DNA of 64,000 nucleotides. Source: Veleropilina oligotropha. Lineage: Eukaryota. The notes beneath the pieces were generated by a model, which worked only from the letters and a program-made list of their open reading frames with translations, did no database searches and was not told where the DNA came from. Positions 1-9,052 of the stretch are shown here, in pieces. How positions within the stretch are numbered: the first letter of the stretch is position 1; each line of letters starts with the position of its first letter. The translations under genes were made by a program, and so were the position numbers. The DNA is taken from the NCBI GenBank assembly GCA_048128005.1, contig JBEUKZ010000013.1, positions 1 through 64,000 of the forward strand, read 5' to 3'.

Positions 1-417
1 CACTGTCCCGTACGTTGTACCCAGCGGTCCTTGAAGGCCTGCTGCAACGGTCGTTTTTACATGCGACCCGTCGGTAACAGGGGAGCTACCGACTCGATGT
101 GCCCCAGGACAGTGGTCAGTCGTTGCGCTGTCGTTATCCGTGAAGACCTCGTTTTCAGTATAACTGCGCATAGGTTCTCTATACGTTTCTGAGTCGGTTT
201 CGCGGTGTACCGGACCGTGTCGAATTCGACCCCTAGAAATGTAAACGTCGTCGGGGGCACGAAGCAGGATTTGTTGTTGATCTGTAATCCTAGGCGCTTC
301 GCCGATGACAGGGTAACGCTCATAGACTGGAGGCACTGATCCCGGGACGCCCCGAGAATCAACCAGTCGTCGAGCTATGTGTGTACTCTGTGCCCTTGCG
401 AGTGTAGGAAGGCCCCG
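1..417 (-). pseudogene. DIRS-type retrotransposon RT, 3' part (continues the ORF interrupted at 16411)
   Basis: Removing element A and one CCCCG copy restores ...VVQALG|AFLHSQGHRVHT*LDDWLILGAS...FLGVEFD...GRM*KRPLQQ. The YLDD Tyr codon is TAG (375-377) and there is a second stop at 57-59. Confidence 0.85.
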
Positions 418-582
418 AGCAGCAGGGGGGGTGACCATACCTTTTATCTGGGGGCGCGGCGAGGGAAATTAAGGCTCCCAGCACTTTTTCAGAATTAATA
501 TGGATCTCAACTCAGCAGCAGGGGGGGTGAGTGTACTTTTTAGAATGGGAAAATAAGGCTCCCAGCACCATTTCAGAACTGA
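418..582 (+). repeat. Left TIR of element A
   Basis: Reverse complement of 16246-16410 with about 2 mismatches (GAGTGTAC vs GAATGCAC). Confidence 0.95.
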
Positions 583-761
583 GCTGGTATTACTGTGGGG
601 ATGAATGCACCTTTTCCGACCCAACGTAGACTATATAGAGCCCCCGGGGACGGCCCACTACCCGAGCCGGCCCGGGCTCCTCAGTTATGCGAGCAGTAGC
701 AGGGGGGGTGATTGGACTTTTTAGAACGGCAAAATAGCAGCCCGGCGAAGGCTACAGGACA

Positions 762-950
762 TCACTGAGGGCCCGCCAGCGTTTGATTTCGTACAACTCC
801 CTTTCTACCGTCTTTGGTCTTCTTCTTATATATCGCTTGTTCACCATCGTCGAGTACAACGATCAAAACGTTATAGCCCCGGTTTAAGAGGTTTTTAACG
901 CGCCTGAAGCTCCGTTCGCTGTACAGCGTAGGAATGTCTTCCTGCGGCAT
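762..950 (-). CDS. Small basic hypothetical protein (62 aa), present only in copy A
   Basis: ATG at 950 in AACATG context; lies between two copies of a 42-bp hairpin repeat; no counterpart in copy B. Confidence 0.4.
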   Translation of the reverse strand: MPQEDIPTLYSERSFRRVKNLLNRGYNVLIVVLDDGEQAIYKKKTKDGRKGVVRNQTLAGPQ

Positions 951-1098
951 GTTGATTTCAAGTATAACTACACAGCGTCTAACATGCCGATATAGTAGTA
1001 TGTAGTAAGAGCCCGTAGGGACGGCCCACAACCCTCGCCGGCCCGGGCTCTCTTTTAGACATACCCATCGGACGGGTATATCCAATGCAAAGGATACG

Positions 1099-1374
1099 AT
1101 GTGGGGAACGGACACCTGTCAATGGCTCACCATCAGCTCCACGGAGCTATGTGGTAAGAGATGTCTGAACACGTATTGCAAAGTCCACCTGGCTCGGCTA
1201 CGGCGAAATGGCTGGGGCACAAAGCCCTGCATCAAATGCGGCAAAGGCGTCTTTAACCGGTTTACGTTGTGCCGGGGTTGTGGGTATCGGAATGAAGACG
1301 TTAAGGACTGGCAACGAAAGAAAAGGGCCTTCCAGAGAGAGTTTCGCCGCATGGCTGCAATCTACCACACGTAA
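1099..1374 (+). CDS. Small Cys/His zinc-binding protein (91 aa)
   Basis: C-x10-C-x3-C-x4-C-x2-H followed by CxxC...CxxC; homologue at 34004-34279 in copy B. Confidence 0.7.
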   Translation: MWGTDTCQWLTISSTELCGKRCLNTYCKVHLARLRRNGWGTKPCIKCGKGVFNRFTLCRGCGYRNEDVKDWQRKKRAFQREFRRMAAIYHT

Positions 1375-1422
1375 TTTCCTATTAGAGAAATGATTTGGCG
1401 TAGTGTATACCCCCCCAGCAAC

Positions 1423-4400
1423 ATGGATGACCTGCGCAATCTAGCGAAAGATTATGGGATTCCCGCTCGGTCGAAGCTCAAGAAGCACGACCTCGTCAGG
1501 GCAATCGCCAGGGTCCGTGCTGCGGAGTTTCGGAGCAGACTCGAGCGGGCGATGAAAACGGGAAGGTTCCCCTCCATACGTGGAGATGTGGAGAACCCCC
1601 ACAAAAGAGGCCGACGTGCTCGCGAGTTGCGGCAGATTAAGGACGAGGTCGACGCCGCCCTGCAGGCTCGTAAATACGAATCCCAAGCTGATAAAAATCC
1701 CAGGATTCGACTGAAGCCACTTTGCGCCATCACGGATCGAATCGTCAAGCGGTCTCGGAAAGAGACCCTTGCCCATGCTATTGCTCGGAAGGGGCCCGAT
1801 CTTCTCATCTCCAAAACGCCCCGGACAGCCCAGGACTACCAGAAGGATCTTCTAGGGCAATTTACCACACCCGAGGGACAACGATTCATCGACCTGGATG
1901 ACCAGGTCCCTCCCCCAGTAAGGCTCCCAGCAAAAGAGCCATGGGTGGAACTCTTGAGCGACGCCAAAGACGAGTTTGAGGTCGATGGCGCCGCGGCGGC
2001 TTTCTCCACATGGAGGGTAGAAGTGGACATTAAGATCGCACCGGCCCTGGATGCCCGTATGACAGATGCAAGGGCGGCACAGCTCCTCACAGCCCTTCCA
2101 AAGGGCGAGTATGTCCTTAGAATAAAGTTCTTGCGTGAGTGGAGTGAGGGCGACTGGGTGGTCGAAGACAAGTTTGACCCGGTGAAAGCTGCGAGAAAGA
2201 AGGGCCAGGGTGTCTTTGAGATCTCTCAGGACACTAAGCCGGGTGCTATCACCGGGGTCGACAAGGTCTACTACGAGAATGCCTACCCGGTCACTGCAGT
2301 CGTCTACGGCGTCTATCCTCTCAGAGAACCAAACCCCACCAACTTGGTTCCGATGAAGAACGGCGACCTCAACTGCGTTGCCCAACGAGTGGTTGAGCAC
2401 TTCGAAGGTGCCCTTAGAGGACACGGACTCACCCCGACAAGGCGGCAGAAAATACTGGAGTGGGAAGAGCGAGTCCATGTAACAGGCGCCACTGTGGATG
2501 ATATATCCATCCTCGAGAAGATACTGAAGCGGGCGATTGTCTTGAGAGACATCGCCGGCGAGGACGTCTTCAACAGCGGAAAATACCAGGCCAGTATGTG
2601 GAAGTCCATAGAACTCATCTGTCACAACGGCCACGCATGGTCGAAGGACCTACACTTTCCGCAGTCTCGCGAGGTCCACCTGTATGAGGGCGATGTCTGG
2701 GAAGCTATTCGACAAGCCACACAGAACGAGCCATTGGCTGTCTGGCTCCTAGGCGGTACAGACCGACAGCTCAACGTGAACCAGTTCGTGCTTCAGGACG
2801 GCCGCACGTACAGGACAAAAGATGATCACGAGAGACTCCAAGAAGCCTGTACAGCGCTGGGGAATGAGTCCCTAGCCGATCGAGCCTTTGGCGTGAACCA
2901 TGCAGCTAGCATTATGGCCAAAGAGACCAACGGCTGGAAACCGACCCCAGCGGGCCTGCTCGATGACATCCAGAAGGCCTGTGTAGAGCATGGCCACGGC
3001 GGCCTGTGGAATTCCATGAATTACGACACGGGCGATGTCTGCTGCATCGATATGAAATCCTGCTACCCTGCAAGCTTTCTGGGGAAGGGCGAGGCTAAGC
3101 CCTATTTCGAAAGATTCGGACACCCACTCCACAGCATGACCCGGGTCGCAATTAACGGTCCTCTACCCCAAGATATCGGGACCGGGTTTGCTGAGGTCGT
3201 GGAATGGGAGTTCGCACAAGACATCCACCCCGTCATTGTAGCATGGTTCGGAAAGCACTTTGCAGAGAATGGATGGGCACCCACCCCGCTGCTCGCCTTC
3301 CTCGTAGAATCTGGACTCCTAAAAAGCCTCAAGATCCGAGAATCCATTATCGCGTTCAAAAACCAGACCGATGTCTGGCTTCCGGAGAATCGTGACCAGG
3401 GCTGCAGCATTATCGGCAAATTCACCCAAGGCGCCAAAGCCGATGGCAAAAGATTGACTCGTAGACTGGTGACCGACCAGGGTGAGCTCGACTTCCTCGT
3501 AAGAGACACCCGCCAAAGCGGCACCCTGGTTGGCGCTCCTCAGAGATGCCCCCTCGGTCACATCCTCACGTACTATGATGGCTCCCAGCCTCAGTACGCC
3601 CACCTGAGGGCATCCATGTTGGCCTATGCACACATAAACCTCTTGAGCATGCTGAAGCGTTTCAGTGCAGCAGAAGCCGTCCGGGTAGCCACGGACAGCA
3701 TCTACCTCAAGAAGGCCTCGTTGGAGAAGCTCGACGATGTCACGGTGTACGTTGCCCCCAGACTCTGCGGCTGTGGCGAGAAATCGTGCATCTCATGTCT
3801 GATCGCGGAGCCGTACCTTCCGCCAGTAGCACCAGCCCAGTGGCGTGACAAGGGCGAACAGCTGTATATGCCACAGGAACATGCCGCATACCTACCCAAG
3901 CCAGAGTATTGTTGTGCCGCCAATTCCAGCCAGCCGAGCACCGCGCCATGCTACAATGACACACTGACCCACCATCGCCTGAGTTACCTCAACGGTGGAG
4001 GGGGCTGTGGCAAGACTACGAGAGCGATCGAGCTCTTCCGGGCAAGGAATCCCGTCGTGTTCACACCAACCCACCGCCTCGCTAAAGAGATGCGGACCAG
4101 AGGCGTCAAAGCCCAGACCTACCACAGCTTCTTCCGATGGAGCGGCCAGAACGACTGGACGCCTGATCGCATGGGTCAGAAGTTCATCCCGCGCGTCATT
4201 ATCTGGGACGAGGTCTGTACTGTTCCGCGGCACATTCTAGAGATGTTCTTGGACTGGCTGGGCCGCCACGAAGTGCAGGTTATCTGCTGTGGTGATCAAG
4301 GCCAGCCACCACCGATTACGGGCGAGATGCCGCACGATTGGCTGCGAAAGACCGCGGACTACTATGAAGAGATCGAAGTAGACTACAGGGCGAAAGACGA

Positions 4401-5271
4401 CCCTGCCCTCCAAGCCCTGAAAAGACGTATCCGTCTCCAGCCCGACAAAGTCCAGTGCGACGAGATGCGACGGACCCTCCCCAGCTGCCTCGGATGGGAC
4501 CGGTTCGTCAACACCTGGAAGCCAGGCGACCTAATCCTCACAAGCCGTCAGAAGGTCTGCGAACGGGCTCAAGAGCTGTTGCTCCAGAGGCACAAGGAGC
4601 ACTTCCCAGACTCCATGGTGCCTATCCTGTACCACCCCAGGGACAGCAGAAAACAGAACATCATGGTAACCATTCCGGGCACCAGCGACAGAGAGGAGCT
4701 AGTTCTGAACGACGTCGTCGAGGTCACCATTGAGGCCGCTGAGCGGGCTATCCTGACCCCGGATTGGCGCCTGGGCTATGCTCTCACCATCCATTCGAGC
4801 CAGGGTCTTACGATTCACGACCCACAGAAAGTCTGGATCATCGACGACTACCTTCAGTGGAGTAATCTCGCCTACCTAGCCGTGTCCCGGGTGGAGCTGC
4901 TGCGTCAGCTCGAACGGGTAACCTGTCCACCGGATGAGGGTTCTGAGAACAGGCCCCCCCAAGCGCCCCAAACCGAGCAACAGCTCCGAAAGACCATCCA
5001 GAAAAAGCTTGTGGCGTACAAACGCCAGGACCAGGCAACGGGACTCCCGGGGTTTAACCTCAAGGTCGACGACATCCTGCGGCTCAGAGAGGCCCAAAAC
5101 AACCGCTGCGCAGCATGCAACATAGAGCTGCTCTGGGCATATTCCCCGAAGGACACACAGCAGTTCAGTGTCGACCGTGTGGACAACAGCAGGGGCCACA
5201 CCCGCGACAACGTGCGCTTAACGTGTCTGGAATGTAACCGGAAACGAGGATTTGCGGTTGTTAACGCCTGA
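1423..5271 (+). CDS. Replicase polyprotein: N-terminal helix-extended-helix-like DNA-binding region, OTU-like Cys protease, family-B DNA polymerase core, SF1 (Pif1/RecD-like) helicase, C-terminal HNH/Zn nuclease-like domain
   Basis: GDLNCV...ICHNGHAW; HGG...IDMKSCYP (motif A), CSIIGKF (B), VATDSIY (C); GGGGCGKT, FTPTHRLA, IIWDE, GDQGQPPP, TIHSSQGLT, YLAVSR; CAAC...SVDRVDNSRGHTRDNVRLTCLECN. Start placed at ATG 1423 by comparison with copy B (34340). Confidence 0.88.
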   Translation: MDDLRNLAKDYGIPARSKLKKHDLVRAIARVRAAEFRSRLERAMKTGRFPSIRGDVENPHKRGRRARELRQIKDEVDAALQARKYESQADKNPRIRLKPLCAITDRIVKRSRKETLAHAIARKGPDLLISKTPRTAQDYQKDLLGQFTTPEGQRFIDLDDQVPPPVRLPAKEPWVELLSDAKDEFEVDGAAAAFSTWRVEVDIKIAPALDARMTDARAAQLLTALPKGEYVLRIKFLREWSEGDWVVEDKFDPVKAARKKGQGVFEISQDTKPGAITGVDKVYYENAYPVTAVVYGVYPLREPNPTNLVPMKNGDLNCVAQRVVEHFEGALRGHGLTPTRRQKILEWEERVHVTGATVDDISILEKILKRAIVLRDIAGEDVFNSGKYQASMWKSIELICHNGHAWSKDLHFPQSREVHLYEGDVWEAIRQATQNEPLAVWLLGGTDRQLNVNQFVLQDGRTYRTKDDHERLQEACTALGNESLADRAFGVNHAASIMAKETNGWKPTPAGLLDDIQKACVEHGHGGLWNSMNYDTGDVCCIDMKSCYPASFLGKGEAKPYFERFGHPLHSMTRVAINGPLPQDIGTGFAEVVEWEFAQDIHPVIVAWFGKHFAENGWAPTPLLAFLVESGLLKSLKIRESIIAFKNQTDVWLPENRDQGCSIIGKFTQGAKADGKRLTRRLVTDQGELDFLVRDTRQSGTLVGAPQRCPLGHILTYYDGSQPQYAHLRASMLAYAHINLLSMLKRFSAAEAVRVATDSIYLKKASLEKLDDVTVYVAPRLCGCGEKSCISCLIAEPYLPPVAPAQWRDKGEQLYMPQEHAAYLPKPEYCCAANSSQPSTAPCYNDTLTHHRLSYLNGGGGCGKTTRAIELFRARNPVVFTPTHRLAKEMRTRGVKAQTYHSFFRWSGQNDWTPDRMGQKFIPRVIIWDEVCTVPRHILEMFLDWLGRHEVQVICCGDQGQPPPITGEMPHDWLRKTADYYEEIEVDYRAKDDPALQALKRRIRLQPDKVQCDEMRRTLPSCLGWDRFVNTWKPGDLILTSRQKVCERAQELLLQRHKEHFPDSMVPILYHPRDSRKQNIMVTIPGTSDREELVLNDVVEVTIEAAERAILTPDWRLGYALTIHSSQGLTIHDPQKVWIIDDYLQWSNLAYLAVSRVELLRQLERVTCPPDEGSENRPPQAPQTEQQLRKTIQKKLVAYKRQDQATGLPGFNLKVDDILRLREAQNNRCAACNIELLWAYSPKDTQQFSVDRVDNSRGHTRDNVRLTCLECNRKRGFAVVNA

Positions 5272-6259
5272 GAACCGGCGGCAGCTGGGTATCACGAGGC
5301 ACCACGAGAAGTTCCTCACGAACGAAGCCACGCGGTGGTCCATCCAGCAAGTAGTAGAGCACAGGCTCGTCAGGCTTAGTGACGGAGCGTCCAAGCCTGT
5401 AAACTTTTAGAGACCACACCGGGTCAGTAGCACGGCGATGACCCCCCTCCAGCTCACCATCGTAGTAAAGGTAGCGAACATCTACGTCAGAGGGGAGTTT
5501 CTGTTCCTTCCCCTGTCGGCCTGGAACAGTGGCGCCTGGCTTTTGGGCAACGCGAGGTGCCTTGATGGCGTCCTTGGTCTTTTTACCGGTCAGCCTGGTC
5601 ACTTCCCCATTCAAGGCCGCAACTACAGCTGCTAACCGGGCGACCCACTCAGTTGACCTTTGACCCTCTTTCGCAGACTCTGCAAACCGCATCTCTGTTG
5701 CATACTGGTGCCCGAAGAGCCGCTCAGCGAGCGTCCGGTTGAAGCGCTCCACAATGCCCTGATCACGATGGATATCCACGCGGCCACGCCTAACCTCGAC
5801 GTTATTCTTTGCCAGCAGCTGGGAAACCGCGCCCATAAACTCTCGCCCTGGATCGACTTGAAGCAGTTTCGGCCAGCCAAGAGGACTCCGCCTGTAGATT
5901 CGGGCTAGTGCTTCAGCAACCCCTTTGGCCTCTTTTGTGACCAGAGGCTCAGCCTCTTTAAAGCGACTGGCCACATCAACCACAGTCAAAGCGTACTTAT
6001 AGGTCTTGTGTCTGACCTTGTCATGGGGGAGAAACAGGAGGTCGGCTTGGTGAACCTCGTTTGGCGTTACGACGTCGAATTTTGGTCTTGGAATCCGCCG
6101 TGGCGCGGGTAAATAGATCTGCCATATAGCCTGCCTCTTAAGCCATGTCCGGGCCTCCACTTCAGACGCCTTGGCAGCGTCAGCTAGTTTCTTTATCGCG
6201 GCAATGCCTTTCCAGTAGCCCTTAGGGCTGTAGTACATCCTCGCAAGCTTACTATCCAT
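5261..6259 (-). CDS. Retroviral-type (rve) DDE integrase
   Basis: HQADL...VVDVASRF...LQVDPGREF...GIVERFNRTL gives an intact D-D-E triad of the Polinton-type integrase pattern. Confidence 0.93.
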   Translation of the reverse strand: MDSKLARMYYSPKGYWKGIAAIKKLADAAKASEVEARTWLKRQAIWQIYLPAPRRIPRPKFDVVTPNEVHQADLLFLPHDKVRHKTYKYALTVVDVASRFKEAEPLVTKEAKGVAEALARIYRRSPLGWPKLLQVDPGREFMGAVSQLLAKNNVEVRRGRVDIHRDQGIVERFNRTLAERLFGHQYATEMRFAESAKEGQRSTEWVARLAAVVAALNGEVTRLTGKKTKDAIKAPRVAQKPGATVPGRQGKEQKLPSDVDVRYLYYDGELEGGHRRATDPVWSLKVYRLGRSVTKPDEPVLYYLLDGPPRGFVREELLVVPRDTQLPPVLRR

Positions 6260-6473
6260 CAGCAATGTATTCCAGTAAACTGATCAGTCTCCAACAGGCT
6301 TCAGCTTCCGGAGCCGGTCGCTGCGCAGTCGTCGCCCGTAGGTTGGTCGGGCCCGAGAGCACCAGGACCGCGAACCGCACCATAGTCTTTTCGTCGCGGC
6401 GCCAGCAGTCGAGTAACGTAGTACTATAGCCGACCGCAAGCATAGCGCAGTACAGCTCTTCTGGGAGCCCCAT
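6252..6473 (-). CDS. Hypothetical protein (73 aa)
   Basis: MGLPEELY...SGPTNLRATT...ACWRLISLLEYIADG is conserved in copy B (39190-39465). Confidence 0.7.
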   Translation of the reverse strand: MGLPEELYCAMLAVGYSTTLLDCWRRDEKTMVRFAVLVLSGPTNLRATTAQRPAPEAEACWRLISLLEYIADG

Positions 6474-6513
6474 TACTATACATGCCAACGAAAAAAATGT
6501 CCACTGGAAATAA

Positions 6514-6942
6514 TTAGGCGAGCTTGTAGGCGACCAACCCGGTCGCAGCCATCCCCAGGATGATGAAGGTGATCTCACGTCCCTTCTGGCCATCGCACGG
6601 TGTGTAGTAGTCAGACAGGGCGGGCTCAGGGCCACCCCCCAGGCCGGGGTCAAGGTTCTTGCCGGTGATCAATGCATACTCACGGATCGCGGCGTCAACA
6701 TCCCGGAATGTGCCAACGGCATGACCCTGGCGGCGAAGTTCAACGTTCAGCCAGTCGAGACGCTCTGCCCTCTGTTGTGACCATTTAGTCTGAGCAGCGT
6801 TGAGCTGTTCTACAGCAATGTCGTGGCGTTTACGCTCCGCATCGACACCGGAGCTGCGTAGCTTCGAGAAGAGGAAGTTGGAGCCGCTGAAGGCGAGGGC
6901 GTTGACGAGAGCGCCCCCAACCAGCATCGCAATGGAAGCCAT
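6514..6942 (-). CDS. Hypothetical membrane protein (hydrophobic N- and C-termini, central coiled coil)
   Basis: MASIAMLVGGALVNALAFSG... and C-terminal ITFIILGMAATGLVAYKL; conserved in copy B. Confidence 0.8.
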   Translation of the reverse strand: MASIAMLVGGALVNALAFSGSNFLFSKLRSSGVDAERKRHDIAVEQLNAAQTKWSQQRAERLDWLNVELRRQGHAVGTFRDVDAAIREYALITGKNLDPGLGGGPEPALSDYYTPCDGQKGREITFIILGMAATGLVAYKLA

Positions 6943-6973
6943 TGAAATGCTGCGATTATCTAGCAAGGTCCCA

Positions 6974-7213
6974 CTACTTCAATATATCGGCCGGAATGAT
7001 GCCTTGCTTGATCAGCATGTCTTTCGTCGCCATGGCGAGCGCTACGTCGAGGACGACCATCCCGACATCGTAGTCCGTGAAGTCCAGTTTGGGGCTCGCT
7101 CCCTTGAATACCATCTTTGTCAGGCGTGCGTAGCCTATGGCGAGGCCTGACACTATAGCGGCGTGGTATACAGCGTTGCCGAGCATCTTTCCATCAGTGA
7201 TTGGGGTAGTCAT
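6974..7213 (-). CDS. Small hydrophobic protein (79 aa), highly conserved between copies
   Basis: Near-identical 79-aa ORF at 39947-40186. Confidence 0.85.
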   Translation of the reverse strand: MTTPITDGKMLGNAVYHAAIVSGLAIGYARLTKMVFKGASPKLDFTDYDVGMVVLDVALAMATKDMLIKQGIIPADILK

Positions 7214-7238
7214 AACTGTTGATTAGTACCGTTTGCGA

Positions 7239-7730
7239 CTATTGCATATGAAAAGGGTTCTGCTTCTTCAATTCGATAGTGGGGGCGGCCCGAGAGCACC
7301 GAGCGTCCGCGTCTGGTGGCTGTTGATGTGGTGTGGATGGACCAGGGTTGCTGCGTTCTGAGGACGTCTTCCAGACAACAAATACCAACGCAACCGTACC
7401 GGCAGCGACGGCTACCTGGGTCCAATTAAATAGGTCCGATTTCCGTGTATCTGGCGCACGCGGTCTTTCTGCGGCTGGAACCGCCTCCCCGGGCTGTTCT
7501 GATGGAACGACAACACTTGTTGAGGCACTCAGGTCTTCTTTCATTTTTCGAACCGCGGCCAGTAGCTTCTCCTGCTTGGCTTTTCGAGCAGCAGCGCCGG
7601 CCCTCCCTGCTGCGACCTTTTTCGGGTCCTTTTTACTCACTGATGAGTCCGTCAAAGAAGTCACCCTCTCTATCGGCTGGCTCTCGATCGGCTGTCTCTC
7701 GATCACTTGGTCCACTTCCGGCGTTGTCAT
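7239..7730 (-). CDS. Basic/low-complexity protein with a C-terminal transmembrane helix
   Basis: KDPKKVAAGRAGAAARKAKQEKLL and WTQVAVAAGTVALVFVVWK are conserved in copy B (40199-40687). Confidence 0.8.
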   Translation of the reverse strand: MTTPEVDQVIERQPIESQPIERVTSLTDSSVSKKDPKKVAAGRAGAAARKAKQEKLLAAVRKMKEDLSASTSVVVPSEQPGEAVPAAERPRAPDTRKSDLFNWTQVAVAAGTVALVFVVWKTSSERSNPGPSTPHQQPPDADARCSRAAPTIELKKQNPFHMQ

Positions 7731-8388
7731 CTTGATCTGGTATCTTAGGCGGGCAAACATGTCCAAATTGGCAGTGCTTAGCCGTGGTCAACGCTGCGGT
7801 CAGCGGTGCGAGGTACATGCCATATTTATAATACAGCTCACAGCTTGCAGTGGTCAGGGCATGTGAGATGAACGGGTCGGCCTCCAGGTCGGCGATCAGT
7901 CGTAGCTGGTTTGCTGGTGGAATGGGCAGGAACATCCCAGCTGCCCCCGCGTAGAGATGAATAGCTGAAGTCCCCAGAGTCTTCGTCACATCGGCACCGA
8001 GTTTCGCTTCATACCTCGCGTGGTGCTTTTCGACCTCGTCGTCAGTCATGTCGTCTATCCGGTCCACTGTGAGGTTACGCCCCATGTATCGGTGGGCCTG
8101 TCCTCCAACGGCTAAGGCTGCAAGCCTCTCACGCTTTGCCGCGCAAACGGAACTTGCGACTCCACTGTTACTGACAGGTTCCTTGCCATCGGGAGTCAAG
8201 CGACAGCTGTTGATGGTCGTTTCTTGTTCGTCATCCATGAGTTGATCGATGAGGCTGTCCATCCTGAAGCGTTTCCAGCATCGCCTCACCGGTCTAATAT
8301 AACTGTAAATCCAATACCACAATGTAGCGAGTAGGAGCAAGATTAGGCTCTGGCTGCAAGCAAAAGCTAGATATACAGCGTCCGACAT
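7633..8388 (-). CDS. Hypothetical protein with an N-terminal transmembrane helix
   Basis: MSDAVYLAFACSQSLILLLLATLWYW... and KRERLAALA...ELYYKYGMYLAPLTA are conserved in copy B. Confidence 0.78.
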   Translation of the reverse strand: MSDAVYLAFACSQSLILLLLATLWYWIYSYIRPVRRCWKRFRMDSLIDQLMDDEQETTINSCRLTPDGKEPVSNSGVASSVCAAKRERLAALAVGGQAHRYMGRNLTVDRIDDMTDDEVEKHHARYEAKLGADVTKTLGTSAIHLYAGAAGMFLPIPPANQLRLIADLEADPFISHALTTASCELYYKYGMYLAPLTAALTTAKHCQFGHVCPPKIPDQDDNAGSGPSDRETADREPADREGDFFDGLISE

Positions 8389-8419
8389 GCTAGGTAGTGC
8401 TGTAGATGCTAGGCAGATG

Positions 8420-9052
8420 CTAAAGCACACTATAAGCAACGGGCTGATCAGTTTTCAACAGGAGCTTAGCGTGTCGTGTCTCGGCCAACAGCCGGCGAAC
8501 CTCGGTCCGTTCATCCTGCGACGGGATTACATCGTTCTCGCGCAGACAGTCCTCGAAACTGTCGCGGTCCTTGCAATGGAACAGCGCGACCCAGCGGGTC
8601 TGCTCTCTGAGCTCCTTCAAGACCGAGTTGTACTTTTGCGTCACTACCCATACGCTCTGGGAAGCATGCCTGCCGCTGAAGGCCAACAAAGTCAGCATGT
8701 CCCTCCTCTTTGCCATAGCCTTGCTCGCGGCGCAGTCGTCGATGATATATAAAGTTGATTCCCCCTGAAACAGTCGGTAGAACCCCCGCAGCCAGTCATG
8801 GAGTCGCTCACCCGGGGGGACTAAATACACCTCAGGGTCGGTCCAGATCCACGGACAAGACTGGTATGCTTTGTTGTACTTGATCGTGGGGCAGAGGACC
8901 ACGATATGCCGGAAGACGCCTCGATACTCCCCTTCCAGCAGTTCAAGCATGAAAACCGTCTTCCCACAGCCCGTCTGGCCGCAGATGATTGCGGAGTGGG
9001 GGTCCTTGGTGTGCGGAAATCGTTTAGTACAGTGCTTCGACGAATCGGCCAT
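8420..9052 (-). CDS. A32/FtsK-HerA-like genome packaging ATPase
   Basis: Walker A GQTGCGKT, Walker B YIIDD, SGRH and VVTQ motifs; about 210 aa. Confidence 0.92.
   Translation of the reverse strand: MADSSKHCTKRFPHTKDPHSAIICGQTGCGKTVFMLELLEGEYRGVFRHIVVLCPTIKYNKAYQSCPWIWTDPEVYLVPPGERLHDWLRGFYRLFQGESTLYIIDDCAASKAMAKRRDMLTLLAFSGRHASQSVWVVTQKYNSVLKELREQTRWVALFHCKDRDSFEDCLRENDVIPSQDERTEVRRLLAETRHAKLLLKTDQPVAYSVL

Noticed and set aside
3980..4900. Helitron (Pif1-like helicase)
   Set aside because: No HUH Rep motifs. The helicase is fused to PolB motifs inside an element with TIRs, TSD, integrase and capsid genes.
1441..5210. Numerous antisense and alternate-frame ORFs over the viral genes (also 34300-47900 and 16900-18450)
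   Set aside because: These are shadow ORFs of GC-rich coding DNA with no motifs; their similarity between copies is explained by the sense genes.
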